Shown here: in pieces, positions 27,929-36,723 of the stretch | How the letters are laid out: the number at the start of each line of letters is the position of its first letter | Numbering within the stretch: position 1 is the first letter of the stretch | Source of the DNA: an uncultured Lachnospiraceae bacterium | Lineage (GTDB): Bacteria; Bacillota; Clostridia; Lachnospirales; Lachnospiraceae | Reading direction: 5' to 3' | Assembly (NCBI GenBank): GCA_905235345.1 | Contig: CAJOLO010000001.1 | Location: 1-44,840, forward strand | DNA length: 44,840 bases | Translations under genes and position numbers: made by a program | The notes under the pieces: generated by a model | Seen by the model: the letters and a program-made list of their open reading frames with translations, nothing else | What the model was told of the DNA's origin: nothing | Database searches by the model: none

Positions 27929-28456
27929 ATGAGTGACGATATCAAATCAGAGGAAAGTTTTCATCTGGGAGACTTGGAAGAATTCAGCATTTCTGGTAAG
28001 ATTTCCGAAGGTACTGATGAAAGTATAGATTATACAATAAGTGAGGATGGCAGTTCCATTATCATAGACGCAGAGGATGCGAATATTGATGTAGTCCAGG
28101 AATTTGTGCGCGATAAGCTTATGGCATACGGCTGCGGGAATAAAGTTATGCTGCAGATAAGACTTGCGGTGGAGGAGATATTTGTCAATATTATTTCCTA
28201 TGCATACAGGCCCGAAATTGGTAAGGCTGAGGTGTCCTGTGAGGTTACGGAGGAGCCGCTTTCGGTGTGCATTCAGTTCATGGATTCAGGTAAGCCCTTT
28301 GACCCTTTGGCGGCTGATGAAGCTGATACATCAGGTGCTATGTTTCTGGAACGGGAGGGCGGCTTTGGGATACATTTGGTTAAGAATACCATGGATGATG
28401 TGAAGTATGAATATTGTGAAGGTAAGAATATTCTTACTGTTATGAAGAGGCTGTAG
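27929..28456 (+). CDS. RsbW/SpoIIAB-like anti-sigma-type Ser/Thr kinase (HATPase_c_2) with an acidic N-terminal extension of about 55 aa
   Basis: ORF track 27890 (GTG). AGGAGG at 27917-27922 favours ATG 27929. N-box EEIFVNIISYAY, DSGKPFDP, and GGFGIHLVKNTMDDV. Confidence 0.85.
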   Translation: MSDDIKSEESFHLGDLEEFSISGKISEGTDESIDYTISEDGSSIIIDAEDANIDVVQEFVRDKLMAYGCGNKVMLQIRLAVEEIFVNIISYAYRPEIGKAEVSCEVTEEPLSVCIQFMDSGKPFDPLAADEADTSGAMFLEREGGFGIHLVKNTMDDVKYEYCEGKNILTVMKRL

Positions 28457-28546
28457 AGACGGAAAGATATTATCAATTTTATTCTGTATGAAAACTGCAG
28501 TTGGTATTGGGACAGATAGAGATTTACAATATGGGGGAGTGGAAGA

Positions 28547-29524
28547 ATGAATACAAGAGTGATCAATGTAATTCCGGAGAGAGTGCTTGAAGGAATAGCT
28601 TTATGTGGTTATAAAAAAGTAGAACCGGAGGATCAGGCATTGTTTGATCCGTACTATGATAAAATGAATCATCCATGGTCAGGCTCCACAGAATTTCTTA
28701 ATTTTATAGCGTGGAGTGACACTCTTCCGGTTTATTTCAAGGAATCAGATGGCATGATAATAGGTTTGAGTTATGAATCTAATGAAGGAATGCTTGTGGG
28801 TATACCATTTATTGGGCATTATACAAATGAATCGGTTAAGCAGGTATTTGCTATAATGAAAAAAGATTTTGAAACGATTGGTGAGCCGTTAGTCATTATG
28901 GATGTAACAAAATGGATGCTTCCGTATTATGAGTCTGTTGATGGTTTTTCCTTCGATATTGAAGATAAAAGGGAGTATATGGAGTATATATATACCGCCA
29001 CCGATTTTGAGGCGGGGCTGGATAAGCAGGATGACCGATATCGATACAGGTATTTCATGCGCAAATTCGATTATGAGGTTGAAGAGATCAAGTCGAAGCA
29101 CAGAGATGAGATTGTAGGTTTTATGGAACGTATATGGTGTGGTGGCAAGACATGTAGTGAATGTCAGTTTGGGTGTATGGTAGAGGTTACAGACAGGGTT
29201 GTGTCCGCATTTGACGAGCTGGAGGTTAACGGATTGCTGGTAAGGGTAGACGGAGAAATTGCGGGCTTTTGTATAGTTACAAAGCGTATGGGGCAGGCAA
29301 TATATCAATTCAAGCATGCCATTAATCGTATCAAGGGGATTAATGAATATATGCTTCGTGAGTGCTATGAGCGTTATCTTAAAGGGGTTGATATTGTCAA
29401 TTATACCGAGGATTGTGGGATAGAAAGTCTTAGAAGATATAAGATGAATCTGGCAACGGATTATTCTCTTTTGTCAAGACTTACTCTAATCCAATCAGAT
29501 AATAAAATGAAAGTACATAATTAA
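28547..29524 (+). CDS. DUF2156-like protein (fold of the C-terminal domain of lysyl-phosphatidylglycerol synthase / GNAT-like)
   Basis: The ORF itself is clear. Family assignment comes from pattern memory only: EFLNFIAWSD, IEDKREYMEYIYTATDF, RYRYRYFMRKFDYE. It needs an HMM check. Confidence 0.5.
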   Translation: MNTRVINVIPERVLEGIALCGYKKVEPEDQALFDPYYDKMNHPWSGSTEFLNFIAWSDTLPVYFKESDGMIIGLSYESNEGMLVGIPFIGHYTNESVKQVFAIMKKDFETIGEPLVIMDVTKWMLPYYESVDGFSFDIEDKREYMEYIYTATDFEAGLDKQDDRYRYRYFMRKFDYEVEEIKSKHRDEIVGFMERIWCGGKTCSECQFGCMVEVTDRVVSAFDELEVNGLLVRVDGEIAGFCIVTKRMGQAIYQFKHAINRIKGINEYMLRECYERYLKGVDIVNYTEDCGIESLRRYKMNLATDYSLLSRLTLIQSDNKMKVHN

Positions 29525-29560
29525 TGCCGCTTGTTGCGGCAAAGATGAGGGCTGCGGATA

Positions 29561-32500
29561 ATGAAACATAACCATATGGCAGATAATGAGAATATAGAAA
29601 ATCAAAACATAGAAAAGCATGGGGATCAAAGCTTAGGAAATAAGAATACACAAGGTCAAGAGGATTGCATTTTGGAAGATCATAACATTGAGAAGAAGAG
29701 TATGGATATGATGAAGGAGAAGAAGAGAAAACGCCGAATAATATTCAGTGTTTTGCTTTTGATTTTTTCCATTATTGTAGTAATCCAGTTACATAATTGG
29801 ATTAATGTTAATCCATTTAGACCATTTGAATTAAGCAATGTATATTGTTCGACTATCGATAAATACGGCAATATGTATGTGATAGATGACAGTAACTCAA
29901 GACTTTTGAAGATTGACTCTGAAGGGAGGCTGCTGTGGAAGAAGAAAGCCTCCGGGAAAACCTTTGAAAACGCTTATAATATATCATGTGATGACGAAGG
30001 CAATATATATATTCAGGATGTACGCATTGACAGTGGGGTCAGGCTTGCTTCAGAGAGCGTTGTCAAATTCTCAACCGATGGAAAGTTTTTAGGAGTATTG
30101 AGAACATATAATTATATGGGAGAAAATAAGTCATCAGAGGTCACTATGCGCGAGTCGATTGTGGGACTTTCCGGACAGGAGCATTCTGTCATGTATACGC
30201 GGAAGGGCAAAGATGCCTTATATGAAATAGACGAAGAACAGTCGATATGTGAGACATATCCTTTTCCTGATGCTTTTGACACTGTATTATCCTGTGCCTA
30301 TGATAATGGCAGAATATGGTATACCACTTATGATGGAAGATTACTTGAGTACGTGGATGGAGTTAATGATAAGCTTCTCTATGATTGTGAGGACGAAGAA
30401 GGAAGTATCATAAGAAGTGTAAGCTACGGTGATGGAAAGTTATATGTTGCTGATATAGGTTTCAGGGATATATTGGTTGTAGATTTAGATACAGGAGATC
30501 AGTTCCGTCTTGCGTTGGAGGAGGATGTAAAAGAGCGTGAGATTTCCTACATGGTAAATGCAGACAATGGTTTGGTTTCGACATCATCTTATTCAGTATC
30601 CTTATGGAACGGGGATAAATATACCAGATATTATGAAGTGGAATTAAGCAATAAATGGAAGATATTAACTATTCTTCTTATGTTTTCGTTACTGGTGCTG
30701 GCAATAGATGTAGTTATAGATATTGTACTATTTGTCTTTTATATAATTAAGATATCAAGTTATCAGCTAAAGGTAATTCTGGGTATAATTGCAGGTGTTA
30801 TTGCAATTGGAGCACTTTTTTTGGGTTCGTTGTATCCGCAGTTCAGCAAAGAACTGCAAAGCACAGTGTTTTCCAGAGAGAAACTTGCAGCCACAGTTAC
30901 TGCTGAAGCAGTGCCTACGGAAGCGTTTCTAGCGATTACTAAACCATCAGATTACATGAATGAAGACTATCTGGCTGTAAAGAGGGCGGTTGACAATATC
31001 TTCCTGCATGATTCGGATGCCTCTAAGGATCTGTATTGTGAAATGTACCGTATAATTGATGGAACTATAACATTAACCTATTCCATTGAAAACGGATGTG
31101 CTGTGTATCCTTATGATTGGGATTATGAAGGCTCGGATGAGCAGAAGATTATAACCACCGGGGTAGGAAAGGAAGTTGTTTATATAGGCAGTTCGGGGAG
31201 CTATATATATGTATTGGAGCCTATGAGGGATGATAGTGGGGAAGTTATCGGACTTATAGAGGTGGGTAAAGATCTTGCAGGTTTCATGGCAGAGAGTAAC
31301 AAAATGCTAATAAAACTTATCATTAATATTGTCGCTATTACAATTGTTATTATTATGTTTGTGATAGAGCTGTTCTACTTTATAGAAGGAAAGAGAGAAA
31401 GAGAGGCTGTTAATGGTGATAGTGCTGCTTACGAAGATAACAGTAGCATGGAGAAGGCTTTGAAAACAACCGGTGGGACATCTGCCGGAATTATAAGATT
31501 TTTGTCATTCCTTATATACTTTTTCACTAATCTTTCTACGGCTATTCTTCCTATATATGCCTTGCGCATAGCAGGTAAGAGCGGCTTTACATTCGGACTA
31601 TCCAAAGAGGTGTTATCTGCCGTACCAATATCTGCAGAGGTTATTATGGGTGCAGTTTGCTCATTTTTCGGAAGTAAGGTTATTAAGGCTTTCGGTGCTA
31701 AAAAGACTGCATTTGTCAGTGCTGTATTGATTACGGCAGGTCTGGCACTTAGAGTAGTTCCTGACATATGGGTGCTTTCTCTGGCACAGGCAATATTAGG
31801 AGCTGGATGGGGAACACTTTTGCTCATGGTAAACATACTTATTACCGCGCTGCCTGAGGAGCGCAGAGACACAGGCTTTGCCTATTTCAGTGCAGCAGGC
31901 TTCAGTGGTGTTAATTGTGGTATATTGTTTGGAGGTTTCATTATTCAGTGGGTGTCTTATCCGGTTATGTTTATTATAGTGGCTGCACTAAGTATTACAA
32001 TTATATTTGCAGTTAGGAGTTACATACCTGATTCGCTTGTTCATGAAGAGACTATGGAAGATACTGAGGAAGAAAAAGCTGCTTCAATGCCTGTTATAAA
32101 GCTTATATGTAATCCGCGAATTCTCGGGTTTATCTTTATGATGCTTATACCTGCAGCTATTGTAGGATATTATCTTAATTACCTGTATCCTATTCTTGGT
32201 GAGAAATGGGGACTTTCGGAGACATATATAGGTTATTCATATCTGATAGACGGTCTGTTTGTGGTATTATTTGGAGGATTATTGACTAAGGTATTTTCGG
32301 GAAAGAAAAGACTGGGACTGGCAATTTCATCATTTATATATGCGGTAGCATTTGTTGTTGTGGTAGTATTCAATAATATACCTGCACTGTTTGCCTCTCT
32401 TGCTATTGTGGGAATATCTGACGGCTTTGGCAATCCGTTGATGACAGGTTATTTTACTGATCTTGATATAGTTGAGAAATATGGGTATGACAGGGCATTT

Positions 32501-32704
32501 GGTGTATATAGTTTGTTTGAAAATATTGCACAGACAGTGGGCTCATTTGTATTCTCATATGTGCTTATAGTAGGTGTTAAAAGTGGACTTATGATTATTG
32601 CTGTGGCACTTTCTGTGCTCACTATGTTATTCCTTCTAGGAGGGATTTTTGATCGAAGGAAGAAAACAGAACAAGTTAAAATTGCAGGAGATAAATCGTT
32701 ATGA
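29561..32704 (+). CDS. 1047-aa fusion protein: N-terminal TM, NHL-like beta-propeller, TM pair, Cache/PDC-like domain, TM, then a C-terminal 12-TM MFS-like transporter
   Basis: YVIDDSNSRLLKIDSEGRLLWKK and LYVADIGFRDILVVD resemble NHL blades. GEVIGLIEVGKDL is Cache-like. The last roughly 400 aa form an MFS-like helix bundle. The stop overlaps the next start (ATGA at 32701-32704). Confidence 0.7.
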   Translation: MKHNHMADNENIENQNIEKHGDQSLGNKNTQGQEDCILEDHNIEKKSMDMMKEKKRKRRIIFSVLLLIFSIIVVIQLHNWINVNPFRPFELSNVYCSTIDKYGNMYVIDDSNSRLLKIDSEGRLLWKKKASGKTFENAYNISCDDEGNIYIQDVRIDSGVRLASESVVKFSTDGKFLGVLRTYNYMGENKSSEVTMRESIVGLSGQEHSVMYTRKGKDALYEIDEEQSICETYPFPDAFDTVLSCAYDNGRIWYTTYDGRLLEYVDGVNDKLLYDCEDEEGSIIRSVSYGDGKLYVADIGFRDILVVDLDTGDQFRLALEEDVKEREISYMVNADNGLVSTSSYSVSLWNGDKYTRYYEVELSNKWKILTILLMFSLLVLAIDVVIDIVLFVFYIIKISSYQLKVILGIIAGVIAIGALFLGSLYPQFSKELQSTVFSREKLAATVTAEAVPTEAFLAITKPSDYMNEDYLAVKRAVDNIFLHDSDASKDLYCEMYRIIDGTITLTYSIENGCAVYPYDWDYEGSDEQKIITTGVGKEVVYIGSSGSYIYVLEPMRDDSGEVIGLIEVGKDLAGFMAESNKMLIKLIINIVAITIVIIMFVIELFYFIEGKREREAVNGDSAAYEDNSSMEKALKTTGGTSAGIIRFLSFLIYFFTNLSTAILPIYALRIAGKSGFTFGLSKEVLSAVPISAEVIMGAVCSFFGSKVIKAFGAKKTAFVSAVLITAGLALRVVPDIWVLSLAQAILGAGWGTLLLMVNILITALPEERRDTGFAYFSAAGFSGVNCGILFGGFIIQWVSYPVMFIIVAALSITIIFAVRSYIPDSLVHEETMEDTEEEKAASMPVIKLICNPRILGFIFMMLIPAAIVGYYLNYLYPILGEKWGLSETYIGYSYLIDGLFVVLFGGLLTKVFSGKKRLGLAISSFIYAVAFVVVVVFNNIPALFASLAIVGISDGFGNPLMTGYFTDLDIVEKYGYDRAFGVYSLFENIAQTVGSFVFSYVLIVGVKSGLMIIAVALSVLTMLFLLGGIFDRRKKTEQVKIAGDKSL

Positions 32705-34356
32705 AAAAAAGAAAATCAATACTTGGTAAAAAACTTCTCAGGCTTACGGTCATTGACATGTGTATAATAGCCATACTTTTTCTTTCCGGAAGTTCATATA
32801 TATATATTGAAGAGATGAATTCTGTTTATAAGAAAAAGAGTTCAGAGGTTGCTTTTTCTGTTGCAGATATGGTTGATGGAGATTTTATACGTGATCTTTC
32901 TGAGATGATTGATACAGATGAATATAAAGATGTATTCGGTAAGGCTTCATATGAGAATCAGCAGCCGATCATAGACTACCTTAAAGAGAAAGGCATGTAT
33001 GAAAGATATATTGAATTAAATGAAATGATCGAGAATATAAGAAATGATATGAATATTGCATATCTGTATATTGAAGTCTTTCGTGACGGTAAGGCACAAT
33101 ATATTGTTGAACCCTTTGCCGGTTTCTATGCCCTTGGCTATGAAGAGGAACTGTTGGATGAATTTAGCGGAATCTATGGAAATGAGCATATTGAAGGGGA
33201 TGTGACCCGTAGTGAATTCGGCTGGCTGTCTACAGGAGGAGAACCTGTATATGATTCGGAAGGCAATGCTGTTGCAGTAGTTTTAGTGGATATTGACATG
33301 AACGAGATCATGAACAAACGTTATGTATTTATTATCATAATGCTTGTGGAACTTATTGTAGTAATTACGTTGGCACAGGTAATGATGTCTAAGCTGTTGA
33401 CAAGGGATGTTATCAATCCGATTAAGGCACTTACCGATAATGCACAGTCCTTCGGTACAGGGGAAAACGGTTTTTCCAAGGAGAATATTATTGATCTTGA
33501 TATCAAAAGCGGAGACGAGATCGAGGATATGTATCATATGTTGCGCTTCATGCAGGAGAGCATTATCGACTATATGGATAACCTTCAGTCTGTAACTGCG
33601 GAACGTGAACGTATCGGTGCGGAGGTAGAGATAGCTACTACTATCCAGCAGAGTATGCTTGAACATGTAGACCCTGATTTCACAGGAAAGAAGGAGTATG
33701 ATCTGTTTGCATCCATGACGCCGGCAAGGGAAGTAGGCGGAGATTTCTACGATTTTTTCATGACAGATGATGACCATATTGCCATATTGATTGCCGATGT
33801 GTCGGATAAGGGTGTGGGCTCGGCATTTTTTATGGCCATAGCCAAGACACTGATCAAGACATATTCAAAGACGGGCGGAACACCATCGGAGATAATTACC
33901 AATGTTGACAGACATATATCGGAGAAGAACGAGGCAGGGCTCTTTGTTACGGTATGGTTTGCGATAATTGATCTTGTGAGTGGACATGTGGAAGCCTGCA
34001 ATGCAGGACACGATTATCCTGCAATTATGAAAAATGGTGAGGAGTTCGTCATAGAGAAGACACCTCATGGACCGCCGGTAGCATTTATACCGGGAATGGA
34101 TTTTGTTGGTACGGAGTTCGACTTAAAGCCGGGAGACCGGATATTCTTATATACGGACGGCTTAAATGAAGCCAAGCGCGGCGATGGTGAGCGTTTTGGT
34201 ACGGACAGAATGCTGGAGGTACTGAATGCCCACAAGGATGCGGATAATGAGGAAATGATTCAGCTTATGCGTAAGGCAGTGGATGAGTTTGCCGGGGATG
34301 AGCCGCAGTTTGATGATATGACAATGCTTGGATTCACATTCAAGGGCAGAGGATAG
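32701..34356 (+). CDS. Membrane-bound PP2C/SpoIIE-family phosphatase (RsbU-like) with an extracytoplasmic Cache-like domain and a HAMP linker
   Basis: N-terminal TM, sensor domain and a second TM. HAMP-like INPIKALTDNAQ. PP2C motifs REVGGDFYDF, ADVSDKGVGSA, YTDGLNEA and DDMTMLGF. Confidence 0.9.
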   Translation: MKKRKSILGKKLLRLTVIDMCIIAILFLSGSSYIYIEEMNSVYKKKSSEVAFSVADMVDGDFIRDLSEMIDTDEYKDVFGKASYENQQPIIDYLKEKGMYERYIELNEMIENIRNDMNIAYLYIEVFRDGKAQYIVEPFAGFYALGYEEELLDEFSGIYGNEHIEGDVTRSEFGWLSTGGEPVYDSEGNAVAVVLVDIDMNEIMNKRYVFIIIMLVELIVVITLAQVMMSKLLTRDVINPIKALTDNAQSFGTGENGFSKENIIDLDIKSGDEIEDMYHMLRFMQESIIDYMDNLQSVTAERERIGAEVEIATTIQQSMLEHVDPDFTGKKEYDLFASMTPAREVGGDFYDFFMTDDDHIAILIADVSDKGVGSAFFMAIAKTLIKTYSKTGGTPSEIITNVDRHISEKNEAGLFVTVWFAIIDLVSGHVEACNAGHDYPAIMKNGEEFVIEKTPHGPPVAFIPGMDFVGTEFDLKPGDRIFLYTDGLNEAKRGDGERFGTDRMLEVLNAHKDADNEEMIQLMRKAVDEFAGDEPQFDDMTMLGFTFKGRG

Positions 34357-34393
34357 AGATAGGCTATAAAGATTACAGGAGAATTTTATCTAA

Positions 34394-34426
34394 GATGCAC
34401 TTTTGTTGCACTTTGCGTGCTACAAT
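34394..34426 (+). promoter_or_regulatory. Motif copy P3: GATGCAC(34394-34400)-4bp-GTTGCAC(34405-34411)-9bp-TACAAT(34421-34426)
   Basis: Read directly from the sequence. It lies 75 nt upstream of ATG 34501. Confidence 0.6.
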
Positions 34427-34500
34427 AATATTAAGTCAATTGATGATAAGATGGAAGAAGTAACTGACGTGTTTTGAAATTATATGCAGGAGGTATGCGT

Positions 34501-35895
34501 ATGCCTGGATCTGATAATGAGAAGGATATAGAGATGGTTTCCGAGTCTAAGGAAGAGATGACCTCCGAGGCAGAAGCAAAGAGCGAAGAGCCGGAAGCGA
34601 CCTCCGAGGTAGAAGCAGTATCTGAAGATGAGCAGGATCAGATAGAAACAGAGCAGAAAGAGGCGATTTCCGATAAGAATAGCGAGCTTCTAGAGCGTAT
34701 GAGCCGGATGGAAGCTGAGATGGAAGCGGAGAAGGAAAGGCTCAAGAAGGAACGCCTTGCCTTTCAGGAGGAGCGCAAGCGCTTTGAGGAGGAGAAGAAG
34801 GCCTTTGAAGAAATGAATGTTAATGTGGCTTTTAACAAACAGGCAGAGCCGGATAAGAATGCTCAATCGGCAGTTGCGAATCAAAAAGCTTCCGATATGA
34901 CGGGCAAACCTGCCGACAAACAGTCTGCAAAACCTGAGAAAGAGGGCGTAGTAACCAGGAAAGGCAATTATAATGAGATGAGTATGGCGGATGATTCCAT
35001 TACATTGAAGCAGGCGGATCAGGCGGCAAAGCTTAAGATTACCGCAGATATGTCTGTGCTTGCCCAAAAGTCATCCAGGGAATTCAAGAAGATGCAGGCA
35101 GCAGTTGACAGGTTTGATAAATTCATGAAGGGTATGGGAGGCAGGACAACATTTTCCGCTGAAGAGCTGGAGAAGTACGATAAGCTGTCTCATGATGTTT
35201 ATAAGGCATCGGATGAATATCTGAAGAAGAAAGAACAGGATATGGAAAAGCGTGCTCCCGGTAAGGACGGCCAGAAGAAGCAATCTGACTATGAATATTC
35301 CAGAATTAAGGCGGCAGAGGAGATCAGAGAGAGCGTAGAGCAGATGCGGAAGGAGATGCTTGAGAAGGCATTCAACGACAAGTTAGAGGAAATGAACAAA
35401 CGCTGTCAGGATCAGCTTAAGAATCTTGAAAACAGCAGAAATAATATGGCGTCTGATAAAGATATGGATCCGGCAAGAAGGGAGTCTCGCCTCGCGGATA
35501 ATATGGCGCATACCATATATTATGGCAATTGCATGAAACAGTTGTCATCCAAGGGCGAACTACAGATGAAGCCGGGGGAAAGCATGAATGCGGCTGTTAA
35601 CAGATTGAATACGGCTATCATTCCCACGAAGAATGAGATTGAGGAAATCAAAGCACATCCGGTTGCCAAGAGAATAGTAGATGCAGGTGTGAAGAATCTT
35701 TCCGAAGGAAAATCATTTACTATGAACGATATGGAAAAGACAATGAAGCAGGCAGCCATGAAGAAGGCTCCTGAGGTGAAGAAGGCAAAGGATATGAAAA
35801 GAGAGCAGGAAAGACAGATGGAGCAGGCAAGACAGAGGGAGGCAAGGCAGACGAGAAGAAAAGCGCCTGAGAAGAAGGCTCCGGCACGGACATAA
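34501..35895 (+). CDS. Signal-less Glu/Lys-rich coiled-coil protein (464 aa) with a strongly basic C-terminal tail. Candidate secretion substrate.
   Basis: ORF track 34474 (TTG). AGGAGG at 34488-34493 favours ATG 34501 (MPGSDNEK). EAEMEAEKERLKKERLAFQEERKRFEEEKKAFEE is coiled-coil-like. The tail ends ...REARQTRRKAPEKKAPART. Confidence 0.75.
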   Translation: MPGSDNEKDIEMVSESKEEMTSEAEAKSEEPEATSEVEAVSEDEQDQIETEQKEAISDKNSELLERMSRMEAEMEAEKERLKKERLAFQEERKRFEEEKKAFEEMNVNVAFNKQAEPDKNAQSAVANQKASDMTGKPADKQSAKPEKEGVVTRKGNYNEMSMADDSITLKQADQAAKLKITADMSVLAQKSSREFKKMQAAVDRFDKFMKGMGGRTTFSAEELEKYDKLSHDVYKASDEYLKKKEQDMEKRAPGKDGQKKQSDYEYSRIKAAEEIRESVEQMRKEMLEKAFNDKLEEMNKRCQDQLKNLENSRNNMASDKDMDPARRESRLADNMAHTIYYGNCMKQLSSKGELQMKPGESMNAAVNRLNTAIIPTKNEIEEIKAHPVAKRIVDAGVKNLSEGKSFTMNDMEKTMKQAAMKKAPEVKKAKDMKREQERQMEQARQREARQTRRKAPEKKAPART

Positions 35896-35918
35896 TTTTA
35901 TATTAATATTATTTCAAT

Positions 35919-35955
35919 AAAACGGTTGAATTGGATTCAATCGTTTTATTATTTA
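35919..35955 (+). terminator. Rho-independent terminator (AAAACGGTTGAAT-tgg-ATTCAATCGTTTT followed by a T-rich tail)
   Basis: 13-bp stem with one G-U pair, a 3-nt loop, then ATTATTTAT. It lies 24 nt after the stop at 35895. Confidence 0.7.
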
Positions 35956-35980
35956 TAAAATGAGATTATGTTATTTTTTT

Positions 35981-36013
35981 GTTGCACATTTGTAGCGCTT
36001 AGGGTGATAAAAT
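35981..36013 (+). promoter_or_regulatory. Motif copy P4: GTTGCAC(35981-35987)-4bp-GTAGCGC(35992-35998)-9bp-TAAAAT(36008-36013), preceded by a T7 tract
   Basis: Read directly from the sequence. It lies about 105 nt upstream of ATG 36119. Confidence 0.6.
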
Positions 36014-36118
36014 AACTTTAATATCAGTAAAAAACGGTAAGGGTGATATACTTACTTTACGCATCGTATTATCAGTCAATATAAGAGATGATTCTGTGAG
36101 ATAAGGAGGTACACTAAT

Positions 36119-36700
36119 ATGGGAAAAGAAGGACAGACGGATAAAGAGAAGATATTGGCGGAGCAGTTAAAGCATGAGGAGAATATGAAATCGACAATAC
36201 GCCAGGATGCAGCAGGTGCACTTATGAGCTTTGCTTCTGTAATATCAAAGGAAAAATATAAAAATGTAGTTGATTCTCGATTGTATGACGAAATTAATGG
36301 TCAGGAATCAGTTGATGATGATATGGAACCACTTGCAGATAGAGCTATGGAAGATATTTCAAAAGAAATTAGCAAAGCTTATGATGTGATGGGAGATGGG
36401 ATATCTTTAAATGTAATAAAAGACAGAGATGCTTTTAATGAGTATAAGGGTAAATTGAACCAGATGGCGGATAAACTTGACGAGCTCCTTGATAATAATG
36501 TAGCGAATGGTGAATACGGGGAAAAATCCAAAGAGTTCATCAGATCCATTTCATCAAATCATATGAGAAGAATAGCTTCCGGCGGATCTGATAAATATCT
36601 GGGTTATAAAAATATTCTGGCTGGCGGGATGAACTCGTTGTATGCTACTCTTAATGTAAACACAGTAGATAACAGACTATACAGAGCCCACAATAATTAA
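36119..36700 (+). CDS. Small signal-less protein of 193 aa and unknown function. Possible adaptor or chaperone for the two large downstream proteins.
   Basis: AAGGAGG RBS at 36103-36109. It is packed tightly against the next gene. No motif recognised. Confidence 0.65.
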   Translation: MGKEGQTDKEKILAEQLKHEENMKSTIRQDAAGALMSFASVISKEKYKNVVDSRLYDEINGQESVDDDMEPLADRAMEDISKEISKAYDVMGDGISLNVIKDRDAFNEYKGKLNQMADKLDELLDNNVANGEYGEKSKEFIRSISSNHMRRIASGGSDKYLGYKNILAGGMNSLYATLNVNTVDNRLYRAHNN

Positions 36701-36723
36701 TGATTATAGAGGAGGTTGCGATT

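Noticed and set aside
29525-29541. A short GC hairpin (GCCGC-ttgtt-GCGGC) between the DUF2156-like gene and the NHL-MFS gene
   Set aside because: The stem is only 5-6 bp with no U-tract, and it sits 20 nt from the next start. That is too weak to call a terminator.
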